Below the pieces are notes generated by a model. The model was not told the DNA's origin, searched no databases, and worked only from the letters and a program-made list of their open reading frames with translations. Below, piece by piece: positions 1-8,634 of a stretch of DNA of 12,647 bases (position 1 is its first letter; the number at the start of each line of letters is the position of its first letter). The position numbers were made by a program, and so were the translations under genes. This DNA comes from an uncultured Eubacteriales bacterium (GTDB lineage: Bacteria > Bacillota > Clostridia > TANB77 > RGIG9151), in NCBI GenBank assembly GCA_964478905.1, contig CAYZJZ010000026.1, forward strand, positions 1 through 12,647, written 5' to 3'.

Positions 1-37
1 GTCTTTACGCCTCTATTTCTAAATAATTTACCGGCAA

Positions 38-66
38 ATTATATCATAAAATTGCCAAGATATCAA
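38..66 (-). promoter_or_regulatory. Candidate sigma-A promoter (extended -10) reading out of the window towards the gene downstream of recG
   Basis: Read on the minus strand: TTGATA (66..61), 17-nt spacer, TATAAT (43..38), with TG at 46..45 giving TGnTATAAT. AGAGG lies at 14..10. No start codon occurs in the remaining 9 nt, so any target gene starts outside the window. Confidence 0.45.
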
Positions 67-77
67 TATTTAATGAA

Positions 78-2135
78 CTATAAAACAACCTCACTAAACT
101 TCTGATTAACCTTCTCAAACAAAGGTTTAAACTCCTGATCGGAAGTTTTATACATCATAATCTCTTTAGCCACTTTACTCGTTTCTTCTAAAACCATTTT
201 ATCTGCAAATATGTTTGCAATTTTAAATTCGGGAATTCCGTGTTGCCTAACCCCAAAGAACTCTCCCGGGCCTCTTAATTCCAAGTCTTTTTCGGCGATT
301 TTAAATCCATCATTAGTTTTAGTCATAATATCCATTCGCTCTTTAGTATTCTTAGACAATTTATAACATTTTAATATGCAATATGACTTCTCGCTCCCAC
401 GTCCAACACGTCCTCTTAATTGGTGAAGCGCCGCTAATCCGAAACGCTCAGCATTTTCAATAACCATAAGCGTAGCATTAGGAACATTTACGCCTACCTC
501 TATAACAGTAGTAGAAATAAGAATATCTATTTCCCCGTCTTTAAATCTCCCCATTATTTCATCTTTATCTTTTGACTTCATTTTCCCATGTAAAATTTCA
601 ATATGATAACCAGGAAAAATCTTTTTATAATTTTCATAAACTTCCACAACATTTTTTAGTTTAATTTCTTCTTCCGCGTCTTCTTTATCCTCTTGTTCTT
701 CAATTAATGGACATACAACATATGCTTGTCTTCCAACATCAATTTCCTTCTTTATAAATCCATTAAGTCTATCTTCAAGAGATTCTCCAATTAAAAATGT
801 CTCAATAACCTTTCTATTCGGAGGTAATTCATCTATAACAGATATATCTAAATCTCCGTAAAGAATTAAAGCAAGCGTTCTGGGAATAGGCGTAGCCGTC
901 ATAATAAGAACGTCAGGATTTTTACCCTTACCGGCCAATTTACTTCTTTGGTTAACTCCAAACCTATGCTGCTCATCAGTAACAATTAACCCAAGTTTAG
1001 AAAAAACAACATCATCTTCAAGTAAAGCATGTGTCCCAACAACAACATCTATCTCTCCATTTTCAATTTTTTCTTTAACAAGCCTTTTTTGCTTAGCAGT
1101 AAGTGAACCAGACAATAGTTCAACTTTTATGTTAAACTTACCAAAAAGCGTAACAAATTCATTAAAATGTTGTTCGGCTAAAATCCCGGTAGGCGCCATC
1201 ATAACCGCCTGATAGCCATTTTTTACAGCATTAAATATAGAAATCGCAGCAACAACAGTCTTTCCGCTTCCCACATCTCCCTGAAGAAGTCTATTCATAG
1301 GCTTATCAGCAGTCATATCCAATAATATATCTTCTACTACCCTATTCTGAGCATTCGTAAGTTTAAAACTCAAGTTATCTATAAATTCTCTTATTTCAAC
1401 TACTCTTTCAAACTTAATTCCATTTAAACCTGAACTATTATTATTTTTTAGTTGCATAAGTCCAAGTTCAAGTAGTAATAACTCATCAAAGACCAGTCTA
1501 CGGCGTGCCTTTATGTAATCTCCCTTAGTACCGGGGAAATGAATAGAATAAAGAGCACTGTTTATTTCTTCCAAATCATTATTAAGTCTTATACTCTCAG
1601 GCAAATATTCTTCTATTTTTCCGTTAAATTCATTAATTACATTCTCAATCGCGTTTCTAATCGCACTTTGAGAAAGTCCATTAGTCGACGGATATATTCC
1701 AAGTACTTTTCCTGTATTTTTATTTTCTTTATCTTCAAAAATAGGATTAACGACCTCAATTCTATTAGCCATACGCTTAATTTTACCAAAAAAAGTATAT
1801 GTTCCGCCTGGCTTCAATATATTTTTCACATAAATCGCATTAAACCAAACTAAGTTTACAACTCCGGTTTCATCAACTGCATTCGCTTTTATCATAATCA
1901 TATTTCCCCTAGGACAAGTAATACTAATTTTCCCGCTTATAGTTGCCGAAAAAGCAATTTTTTCTCCGTCTAACAACTCAAAAATCTTCTTTTTTTCAGT
2001 TCTATCCTCATAATCTCTCGGAAAATGAAAAAGCAAATCTTTTATAGTAAATATATTTAAATTATTAAAAAGCTTCTCTCGTGAAGGTCCTACTCCTTTT
2101 ATATATCTTATTGAATCATTTAATGATAATTTCAT
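78..2135 (-). CDS. recG: ATP-dependent DNA helicase RecG
   Basis: Long ORF with SF2 helicase motifs GDVGSGKT (Walker A), DEQHRFG (motif II), TATPIPRT and QLRGRVGRG (motif VI), plus a RecG-type N-terminal wedge region (IRYIKGVGPSREKLF). The ORF-track start at 2147 is TTG. The ATG at 2135 (MKLSLND...) sits 5 nt after GGGGG and is preferred. Confidence 0.95.
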   Translation of the reverse strand: MKLSLNDSIRYIKGVGPSREKLFNNLNIFTIKDLLFHFPRDYEDRTEKKKIFELLDGEKIAFSATISGKISITCPRGNMIMIKANAVDETGVVNLVWFNAIYVKNILKPGGTYTFFGKIKRMANRIEVVNPIFEDKENKNTGKVLGIYPSTNGLSQSAIRNAIENVINEFNGKIEEYLPESIRLNNDLEEINSALYSIHFPGTKGDYIKARRRLVFDELLLLELGLMQLKNNNSSGLNGIKFERVVEIREFIDNLSFKLTNAQNRVVEDILLDMTADKPMNRLLQGDVGSGKTVVAAISIFNAVKNGYQAVMMAPTGILAEQHFNEFVTLFGKFNIKVELLSGSLTAKQKRLVKEKIENGEIDVVVGTHALLEDDVVFSKLGLIVTDEQHRFGVNQRSKLAGKGKNPDVLIMTATPIPRTLALILYGDLDISVIDELPPNRKVIETFLIGESLEDRLNGFIKKEIDVGRQAYVVCPLIEEQEDKEDAEEEIKLKNVVEVYENYKKIFPGYHIEILHGKMKSKDKDEIMGRFKDGEIDILISTTVIEVGVNVPNATLMVIENAERFGLAALHQLRGRVGRGSEKSYCILKCYKLSKNTKERMDIMTKTNDGFKIAEKDLELRGPGEFFGVRQHGIPEFKIANIFADKMVLEETSKVAKEIMMYKTSDQEFKPLFEKVNQKFSEVVL

Positions 2136-2167
2136 CTTTTCCCCCAAAAGGTATTATATTACTTTAA

Positions 2168-3274
2168 TTAGCCTCTACTATCAAATATTTCCTTCAAAAC
2201 TCCTTTATTGTAAATTCCGCCAAAAACATTTTTCAAAATAATAAGTACAATTGGACCAGCAATTAATCCAAGTACACCAATTAATTGAACACCGGTATAC
2301 ATAGCAATTAATGTAAGTAACGGATAAATTCCAATTTGTGTTCCAACAATTTTCGGCTCAATTAGTTGTCTTACAATGGTTATAAACAAATACATTCCTA
2401 AAATTCCAAAAGCTAACGGATAATTTCCCATTACAAGTAATACTATTCCCCAAGGAATTAATACAGTACCTGTCCCTAAAATAGGTAATGCATCAATAAT
2501 CGCAATAACAATCGCTAAAATCAAGGCATAATTTATTCTAAAAATACTTAAACCTATAAACAGTTCACAAAAAGTAACGGTAATCAATATTCCCTGAGCT
2601 TTTAAATAGCCACCCAATGCGTGGAATAAGTCGTTTGTAATTCCTTCAACTTTAGCAAGCCATTTTAACGGTAAATGTTTTTCCAATGAGTCAGAAATAA
2701 ACTTAGTATCTGAACTTATAAAAAATGTTGAAAGTAAAGTAATAATCGTATAAATTAAAGCATTTGGTAAATTAACAACTAAACTTACAGCGAAATTTCC
2801 AGCTGAATTAATTAACTCAGACAACGAAGTTAATAGCGTATTAACAATACTTAGTAATGTACTTTGAATACCGGAAACTAACTCAGGCGACAAATCTAAA
2901 TTTTGATAGAAGAAATTAAATCTTCCAACTTGAGTAGAAATCGCAGTATACAATGCCGGGAAAACGTAATTTGTTTGAGCAGACAAAGATATTACTTCCC
3001 GTATAACCGCAGCAACAAACCAATAGCAAATCGCCGCAACAATTCCTACAAAGGCCAAGATACACAAAATTACAGCAACAACACGTGGAAATTTAAACTT
3101 TTGTGTTAAAATTTTTACAGGTTTGTTAATTATCTTAGAAATCACATACGCAATCACAAACGGTAAAAAGAATATCGCCAGTTTTAATCCTAAAATAACG
3201 CCTACCAATATCAAAATCGTTGTAATGAAAAACTTAAGCATTTTTTTATAATTTATTTTTAATTCTCCTTCCAT
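2168..3274 (-). CDS. AI-2E family (PerM/UPF0118) integral membrane transporter, YtvI-like
   Basis: 368 aa, hydrophobic throughout with multiple predicted TM helices. The C-terminal core QLIEPKIVGTQIGIYPLLTLIAMYTGVQLIGVLGLIAGP is typical of the AI-2E family, and in spore formers this size class is usually annotated YtvI. ATG start preceded by GGGGTGG. Confidence 0.8.
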   Translation of the reverse strand: MEGELKINYKKMLKFFITTILILVGVILGLKLAIFFLPFVIAYVISKIINKPVKILTQKFKFPRVVAVILCILAFVGIVAAICYWFVAAVIREVISLSAQTNYVFPALYTAISTQVGRFNFFYQNLDLSPELVSGIQSTLLSIVNTLLTSLSELINSAGNFAVSLVVNLPNALIYTIITLLSTFFISSDTKFISDSLEKHLPLKWLAKVEGITNDLFHALGGYLKAQGILITVTFCELFIGLSIFRINYALILAIVIAIIDALPILGTGTVLIPWGIVLLVMGNYPLAFGILGMYLFITIVRQLIEPKIVGTQIGIYPLLTLIAMYTGVQLIGVLGLIAGPIVLIILKNVFGGIYNKGVLKEIFDSRG

Positions 3275-3337
3275 AATACCACCCCTAAACTAAATTTTTA
3301 CTTCTAATATATCGGATTATTTTAATTAAATATATAA

Positions 3338-4372
3338 TTATTTTTCTAAATATGGTTTTATAATTCTAAATATCTTCTCATCAGCATTTTCTTTTTTCGT
3401 GTTTTTTATTTTTTTACCATTTTTCAGCATTTTTAAAATAAGCGAATTTAATTTCTCTGCATTCATATCCTTTTCCAGTAAAACTACACCGTTACCGCTT
3501 TTTTCAAATTCTCTTGCATTATATTCTTGATGATTTTCAGCAGCAGTCGGAAGAGGAATTAAAATTCCGGGTAATCCAACCGCCTCAAGTTCACTAATTG
3601 TAAGCGCTCCAGCCCTTGCAACTACAAGCGAAACTTTAGAATACATATACGGCATATTATTTATGTACGGAAGTAATTCTACTTTGCTCAAATCCTTTAT
3701 ACGGCTTTTTACATCTTCAAAATTTTTCTCACCGGTCGCATAAATTAGCTTATATTCTAATTTATAATTATTAACCAGTTCAATTATAGTCTCATTTATA
3801 GCCTTTGCTCCTTGGCTACCTCCGAAAACCAAAACAGAATTATTTTCGTCTGTCCTTTTTACATCAAAAAACTCTTGATTTATCGGATTTCCTGTAACAA
3901 AAACAAACTTACTCTTAAACTCTTTTTTAGTTCCTTCAAATCCTAAAGCAATTCCATCCGCAAATTTTCCAATAAATTTATTGGTTTTACCTGCGATAGA
4001 ATTACTCTCGTGGATAAAAACCGGAATATTCAGCATCTTTTTAGCTACAAATAAAACAGGCGCACACACATATCCTCCCATTCCAATTACAACTTTAGGT
4101 TTCAATTTTTTTAGTAACTTCCTAGCTTCTAAAATTCCTCTTGTATTAGATAAAACAGACTTAGCAAGCTTTACAGGATTTTTAGAAAGTCCCTTAGAAT
4201 GTATAAATCTTATATCGTATCCAGCCTTTGGTACAAGTTTTCCTTCTAATCCATACTCTGTACCTATAAAAGTAATTTTCGCATCCGGATAATGTTTTTT
4301 TATTATATTTGCAATCGAAATACCCGGATTTATATGACCGGCAGTCCCACCGGCAGCAATAACAATATTCAT
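3338..4372 (-). CDS. murG: Undecaprenyldiphospho-muramoylpentapeptide beta-N-acetylglucosaminyltransferase MurG
   Basis: N-terminal GGTAGHINPG glycine-rich loop, GGSQGA, and C-terminal RAGALTISELEAVGLPGILIPLP...HQEYNA donor-binding region. ATG start with AAAGGAG SD 7 nt upstream. Confidence 0.93.
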   Translation of the reverse strand: MNIVIAAGGTAGHINPGISIANIIKKHYPDAKITFIGTEYGLEGKLVPKAGYDIRFIHSKGLSKNPVKLAKSVLSNTRGILEARKLLKKLKPKVVIGMGGYVCAPVLFVAKKMLNIPVFIHESNSIAGKTNKFIGKFADGIALGFEGTKKEFKSKFVFVTGNPINQEFFDVKRTDENNSVLVFGGSQGAKAINETIIELVNNYKLEYKLIYATGEKNFEDVKSRIKDLSKVELLPYINNMPYMYSKVSLVVARAGALTISELEAVGLPGILIPLPTAAENHQEYNAREFEKSGNGVVLLEKDMNAEKLNSLILKMLKNGKKIKNTKKENADEKIFRIIKPYLEK

Positions 4373-4391
4373 ACCTAGTCTCCTTTGAATA

Positions 4392-4434
4392 TTTTAAAAC
4401 GCATTAGTCTTATAAATCTTAAAACTAATGCGTT
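4392..4434 (-). terminator. Hairpin downstream of trxA (weak intrinsic terminator or RNA-stabilising/processing stem)
   Basis: Perfect 11-bp inverted repeat AACGCATTAGT (4398..4408) / ACTAATGCGTT (4424..4434) with a 15-nt loop. On the minus-strand RNA the stem is followed by UUUUAAAAUAUU, so the U-tract is short and two of its U lie inside the stem. Confidence 0.4.
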
Positions 4435-4450
4435 CTTTGTTACCTAAAAA

Positions 4451-4774
4451 CTACAATACATTTTTTACCATGCTTTGATATTCTTCCTTAGTTCTAAGTC
4501 CAACAGCTTTATCTACAACTTCGCCATTTTTTAAAATCATAACGGTAGGAATACTACTAATTTTAAACTCCTTAGCCACATCAGGCATATCGTCAACATT
4601 CACTTTACAAACAGGCATCATGCCATCAAATTCATTTGCTAAAGACTCAATAACCGGTCCAACCATTCTACACGGTCCACACCAATTAGCCCAAAAATCA
4701 ACAATTACAGGCTTATTTGAGTTAATAAAATTCAGGTAATTTTCATTTGTTAAATTAATAACATTTTCTCCCAT
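4451..4774 (-). CDS. trxA: Thioredoxin
   Basis: Canonical WCGPC active site within FWANWCGPCRM, and thioredoxin-fold length. The ORF-track start at 4783 is TTG with an SD only 1 nt away. The ATG at 4774 (MGENVINL...) lies 10 nt from GAGAGGA and is preferred. Confidence 0.93.
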   Translation of the reverse strand: MGENVINLTNENYLNFINSNKPVIVDFWANWCGPCRMVGPVIESLANEFDGMMPVCKVNVDDMPDVAKEFKISSIPTVMILKNGEVVDKAVGLRTKEEYQSMVKNVL

Positions 4775-4802
4775 TTTCCTCAAATCCTCTCTTTTGTATT
4801 TT

Positions 4803-6482
4803 TTAGTCTGTAATCAAAGCCTTAAAATCATTCATATTTTTCATAAAATCAAAAGCTCCGTCATTTCTTATCCTTTGTTTATAAGCAGGATTTAATTTCA
4901 CAGCCTGTGTTAAATTCTCCATAACCTTAGCGTATTCCTTCTTATACGCATATATTCTTGAAATATTATAATAAGGATTAGGATAATCAGGATTTACTCT
5001 TATAGCCTTCAAATAGTTTTCTTCAGCCACAGAATATTCTTCTTTTATAACGGCAATTTGGCCCAAGCCAAAATATGCTTCAGCAAGTTCAGAATTCTTT
5101 AATGTAGAAATAGTAAAATACTTCTTAGCATTTTCATAATCTTTCATTTCCATATAAGCAATTCCGGCATTAAAGTATAATTCATAATTATCCGGATCAT
5201 ACTTAATCGCATTTTCGCAAACACTTACAGCAGCATTTCTATTTCCATTTCCACAATATAAAATCGCAAGCATATTAGATGCAGAAGTATAATCAGGTTT
5301 TAATTCAAGAGTTCTATTAAGTTCATCAATCGCTAAAGCTTTCTCATCAGCCTTCTCTAAAGAAAGTGCAAGATTATAATGGAATCTGTAATCATTAGGA
5401 TTAATTTCAATCGCATTTCTAAACGTATTTATCGACTCAGTAGTCTTATCCGTTTCATACAAAAGTATTCCCATATTATAGTATAACGAAGCATTATTAG
5501 GATCTAATCTTATAGCCTTTCTATAATTAACAATAGCCTTATCGTATTCCTTTTTAAAAGCAAGTAAAGTTCCGATTTTTCCATAACTAGCAAAATCTTC
5601 AGGCTCATACTCAGACAACTTCTCATACATTTTAGCCGCTTCTTCGTATCTCTTTAAGTTCTCTAAAATAATTGCAAGAGGCTTATATACCAAAATCCAG
5701 TTAGATTTAGCTTCCCCCGCCTTTTTAAAGTTCTCAACGGCAAGTTCAGGCTTATTCCAACAAGCAAAAGCTAAAGCTAAATTATAGTAAACATCAAACT
5801 TTTCAATTCCTTGAATAATAACCTTCGCTCTATCAAACGCAATAGATGCACTGGAATCTCCATCAATCTCTTGTTCCTCCAAAAGCTCAGCTGCTCTTAA
5901 AAATCTTACTGTGGCTTGCTCGTAATTAGCATTCTTCATATATATAACACCGGCGTTAAATAGTATAATAGGATTTTCATTAAATAACGCCTCAGCTCCG
6001 TTGTAAATGTCCAAAGCTTCTTTATACTCACCTTTTTCAGCTAAACTTTCAGCTTTCGCAAATCTATCTTTTAATTGAACAAAAATATCTTCTTCGTTTA
6101 GTTTATTCCATTTAACAATATCTGCAGGATCTTTAGGATCTAGCATAGGGATTTTATTATAATACTCATTGACTGCACCTTTCTCAAAAACATTCCTTCC
6201 AGGCCCAAGCAATCCCATAATGTTATTTCTTATCATGCCGAAATAATCATTAAAAAATATCGTCCCCGGAACTATTATTCCTAAAACAACAGAAATAATT
6301 TCAAATAAGTAATTGCCATAATAAACACCATTAAATAAATTCAGCACATTAAAAGTTATAGCCACAACTTCGCCACCCGCAACAGCCAAATATGCCTCTT
6401 TACGCTTTGTTATATACGATTTTATTGTATACACGAAAAACAAAACAGCTAAAATATTATAGATTATTCTTTCAATAATCAT
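4803..6482 (-). CDS. Membrane-anchored tetratricopeptide-repeat (TPR) protein, function unknown
   Basis: The N-terminal ~85 aa contain about three hydrophobic helices (IIYNILAVLFFVYTI; AYLAVAGGEVVAITFNVLNLF; LFEIISVVLGIIVPGTIFF). About 10-11 TPR-like 34-aa repeats follow, with recurrent A..Y..Al..dP/nP.. patterns such as KAIRLDPNNASLYYNMG, NAIEINPNDYRFHYNLA and KAIRVNPDYPNPYYNIS. GGAGGG SD lies 7 nt upstream of the ATG. Confidence 0.85.
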   Translation of the reverse strand: MIIERIIYNILAVLFFVYTIKSYITKRKEAYLAVAGGEVVAITFNVLNLFNGVYYGNYLFEIISVVLGIIVPGTIFFNDYFGMIRNNIMGLLGPGRNVFEKGAVNEYYNKIPMLDPKDPADIVKWNKLNEEDIFVQLKDRFAKAESLAEKGEYKEALDIYNGAEALFNENPIILFNAGVIYMKNANYEQATVRFLRAAELLEEQEIDGDSSASIAFDRAKVIIQGIEKFDVYYNLALAFACWNKPELAVENFKKAGEAKSNWILVYKPLAIILENLKRYEEAAKMYEKLSEYEPEDFASYGKIGTLLAFKKEYDKAIVNYRKAIRLDPNNASLYYNMGILLYETDKTTESINTFRNAIEINPNDYRFHYNLALSLEKADEKALAIDELNRTLELKPDYTSASNMLAILYCGNGNRNAAVSVCENAIKYDPDNYELYFNAGIAYMEMKDYENAKKYFTISTLKNSELAEAYFGLGQIAVIKEEYSVAEENYLKAIRVNPDYPNPYYNISRIYAYKKEYAKVMENLTQAVKLNPAYKQRIRNDGAFDFMKNMNDFKALITD

Positions 6483-6503
6483 TTACTATCCCTCCAAAGT
6501 CCA

Positions 6504-7370
6504 CTAATCTTCCAATTTCTTCAATTCTTCAATATCTTCTGCTACATTTTTTTCATAAACAGCTTTTATAACTTTAACTTCACTAGCCTTAAAAGTTTCT
6601 AAATCTACATTATCATCTTTCTCGCTTAATTTTACTTTTACCTCCTCTTTTAATATGTTAGAAGAAACAACATTTCCTTCACCAAGCGGAGTAGATACAA
6701 GCGAGCCAACTCTCGGAACTCTTTTTATTTTTTCTTCATATCCGCATTGCTCATAAGCCAAACAACACATAAGTCTTCCACAAAATCCGGAAATTTTAGT
6801 AGGATTTAGCGATAAAGATTGGTCTTTCGCCATCTTTATAGAAACAGGCTGAAAATCACTTAAAAATTTATGACAGCAAAATTCACGTCCGCAATGACCA
6901 AGTCCGCCAATCATCTTAGCTTCATCTCTTACTCCGATTTGTCTAAGTTCAATACGAGTCTTAAAAATCGCAGCTAAATCCTTTACAAGTTCTCTAAAAT
7001 CAATTCTTCCATCAGCAGAAAAATAAAATATGACCTTACTATTATCAAAGGTATATTCAGCCTCAATAAACTTCATATTAAGCTTATGATCTTGGGCTTT
7101 CTTAACACATATATCAAAAGCTTCTTTCTCTTTTCGCTTATTTTCCTCATTTTTCTTATAGTCTTCAGGAGTTGCAACCCTTATAACATTTTTCAACGGA
7201 TTTTGTAAATTTTCTTCCGAAATCTCTTTATCCGCCAAAGTTACATATCCGAATTCCAGTCCCCTTACGGTCTCAACAATTACCGCATCTCCTTTATTAA
7301 TCTTTAATCCACTTGGATTAAAATAATATGTTTTACCTTTTTCCTTAAATTTAACTCCAACAATATTCAT
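6504..7370 (-). CDS. ricT: PSP1-domain protein RicT/YaaT (stage 0 sporulation / RNase Y regulator complex subunit)
   Basis: PSP1 C-terminal domain with conserved Cys clusters GHCGREFCCHKF and FCGRLMCCLAYE. It sits immediately downstream of holB, as in Bacillus. ATG start with AAAGGAA SD. Confidence 0.9.
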   Translation of the reverse strand: MNIVGVKFKEKGKTYYFNPSGLKINKGDAVIVETVRGLEFGYVTLADKEISEENLQNPLKNVIRVATPEDYKKNEENKRKEKEAFDICVKKAQDHKLNMKFIEAEYTFDNSKVIFYFSADGRIDFRELVKDLAAIFKTRIELRQIGVRDEAKMIGGLGHCGREFCCHKFLSDFQPVSIKMAKDQSLSLNPTKISGFCGRLMCCLAYEQCGYEEKIKRVPRVGSLVSTPLGEGNVVSSNILKEEVKVKLSEKDDNVDLETFKASEVKVIKAVYEKNVAEDIEELKKLED

Positions 7371-7387
7371 ATAAAAATTCCTTTCTA

Positions 7388-8122
7388 TTAACAGTCCTTA
7401 AAGGACAACAGCATTTCATCAATAGCCATTGAAAAATTACAATTCCCATTTATCCTATGTTCCGCTAAATCAATTATCGGAACATACTTCGCAACAGAAA
7501 TTATATCACTGTTTCCCCCATCTCGCAACCCATTTTTATTGTTCATTATCAGTTCATCACAATATTTCATCATTTCATGCAAAATTTCAATAATATTATC
7601 CTTATTTTTTTCAAAAAATTCAGAAAACTTTAATACATCAATTACACTTTTTCCCGAAATAGAGTCTATTATGTTTTTCACTTGGGAATCAATATTAATT
7701 CCGGCTTCATTCTTTATTTTTATACGTTTAACTCTCGAACGTATAGTATTTATAACACTGTATATCGAAGAAGAAATAAGTATAATAACGGCATAAACGG
7801 GCGGTTCTTCTAACGTCTTTAGCAAACAATTTTGAGCAGAAACATTCATTTTTTCGGCATAAGGTATAATATAAACTTTTTTAGAACACATCAAAGGCTT
7901 TATAGCAATATCTTTTTGTAACTCTCTTATGCTCTCAACCTTTATAGACTTTTCTTCCGTCAAAAAGACCGTACAATCCGGATTATTTTCAGTACCTTTT
8001 CCAAGTATTAAAGCCGCAAATTCTTTCGCTTCTTCTAAGGCTTTACTTTCATCATTACACTCTAAAAAATAAGCGTGGTTAACGCTCTCATTATCTATAT
8101 CAATTTTTAACTTTTCTATCAT
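7388..8122 (-). CDS. holB: DNA polymerase III delta-prime subunit (HolB), unusually short form
   Basis: Clamp-loader motifs HAYF (HAYLF-like), NCLLKTLEEPP and TIRSRV (SRC-type motif), in the conserved yaaR-holB-yaaT context. The ORF-track start at 8131 is GTG. The ATG at 8122 lies 5 nt after AAGGTGA and is preferred. Confidence 0.8.
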   Translation of the reverse strand: MIEKLKIDIDNESVNHAYFLECNDESKALEEAKEFAALILGKGTENNPDCTVFLTEEKSIKVESIRELQKDIAIKPLMCSKKVYIIPYAEKMNVSAQNCLLKTLEEPPVYAVIILISSSIYSVINTIRSRVKRIKIKNEAGINIDSQVKNIIDSISGKSVIDVLKFSEFFEKNKDNIIEILHEMMKYCDELIMNNKNGLRDGGNSDIISVAKYVPIIDLAEHRINGNCNFSMAIDEMLLSFKDC

Positions 8123-8156
8123 TTCTCTCACCTTTATTGAAATAAAAAATTATTTA

Positions 8157-8606
8157 TTACATTAATAAGTCCACCAACATACCTTGTAGACCGCTAATTT
8201 TATCAACAATTTTTAATTTATCTTTTTCAGAATTCATCATTTCTTGTGTTAAACTCTCAAGTTCTTCATCTACTTTTTTTACAATTCCCATTATTTTATA
8301 GGAACCATCTCTTCCAAACTTACTTTCTTTAGAATATTTATAAGAAAATCTTACCGTACGTTCCAAAAATTCTTTTATCATAGCTTTATACTCAATAAGA
8401 TCTTTTAACTCCATCTTTTCTTTTACAAACTTTCCTTTTTCCGCAATATCCTTTAGTTTTTTTTCAAGTTGTTCCTTTTCATTATCTCTCTCAAATCCGC
8501 CAAGATTATCAGAAAAGCTACTACCGTTAGACTTTCGTATTTTACCATTTCCACCGGTTGTATGAGTAATCGTAGAAGATGTCAAACCTACCCCGTTTAC
8601 TTTCAA
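8157..8606 (-). CDS. yaaR: YaaR family protein (DUF327)
   Basis: The C-terminal region (LIEYKAMIKEFLERTVRFSYKY...GRDGSYKIMGIVKKVDEELESL...ISGLQGMLVDLLM) resembles DUF327/YaaR, and the position upstream of holB matches Bacillus synteny. I place the start at TTG 8606..8604 (MKVNGVGL...), 6 nt after a strong GAGGAGGAG SD (8612..8620). The upstream ATG at 8663 has no SD. Confidence 0.75.
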   Translation of the reverse strand: MKVNGVGLTSSTITHTTGGNGKIRKSNGSSFSDNLGGFERDNEKEQLEKKLKDIAEKGKFVKEKMELKDLIEYKAMIKEFLERTVRFSYKYSKESKFGRDGSYKIMGIVKKVDEELESLTQEMMNSEKDKLKIVDKISGLQGMLVDLLM

Positions 8607-8634
8607 ATTTAACTCCTCCTCACAATTAATTTCC

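Noticed and set aside
33-56. Possible recG terminator hairpin GGCAA...TTGCC
   Set aside because: It has only a 5-bp stem, a 14-nt loop and no U-tract. The region is better explained as the spacer and -10 of the outward-facing promoter.
1539-1853. 104-aa plus-strand ORF
   Set aside because: It lies entirely antisense within recG, which has clear helicase motifs. Its low-complexity I/F/S/N/K-rich composition is typical of shadow ORFs in AT-rich DNA, and no SD is present.
2903-3109. 68-aa plus-strand ORF
   Set aside because: It is antisense inside the AI-2E/YtvI-like permease gene, with arbitrary N/R/S-rich composition and no RBS or motif support.
3981-4292. 103-aa plus-strand ORF
   Set aside because: It is antisense inside murG, whose frame carries unmistakable MurG motifs. 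This is a shadow ORF.
7539-7796. 85-aa plus-strand ORF
   Set aside because: It is antisense inside holB, with I/S/F-rich low-complexity translation and no supporting signals.
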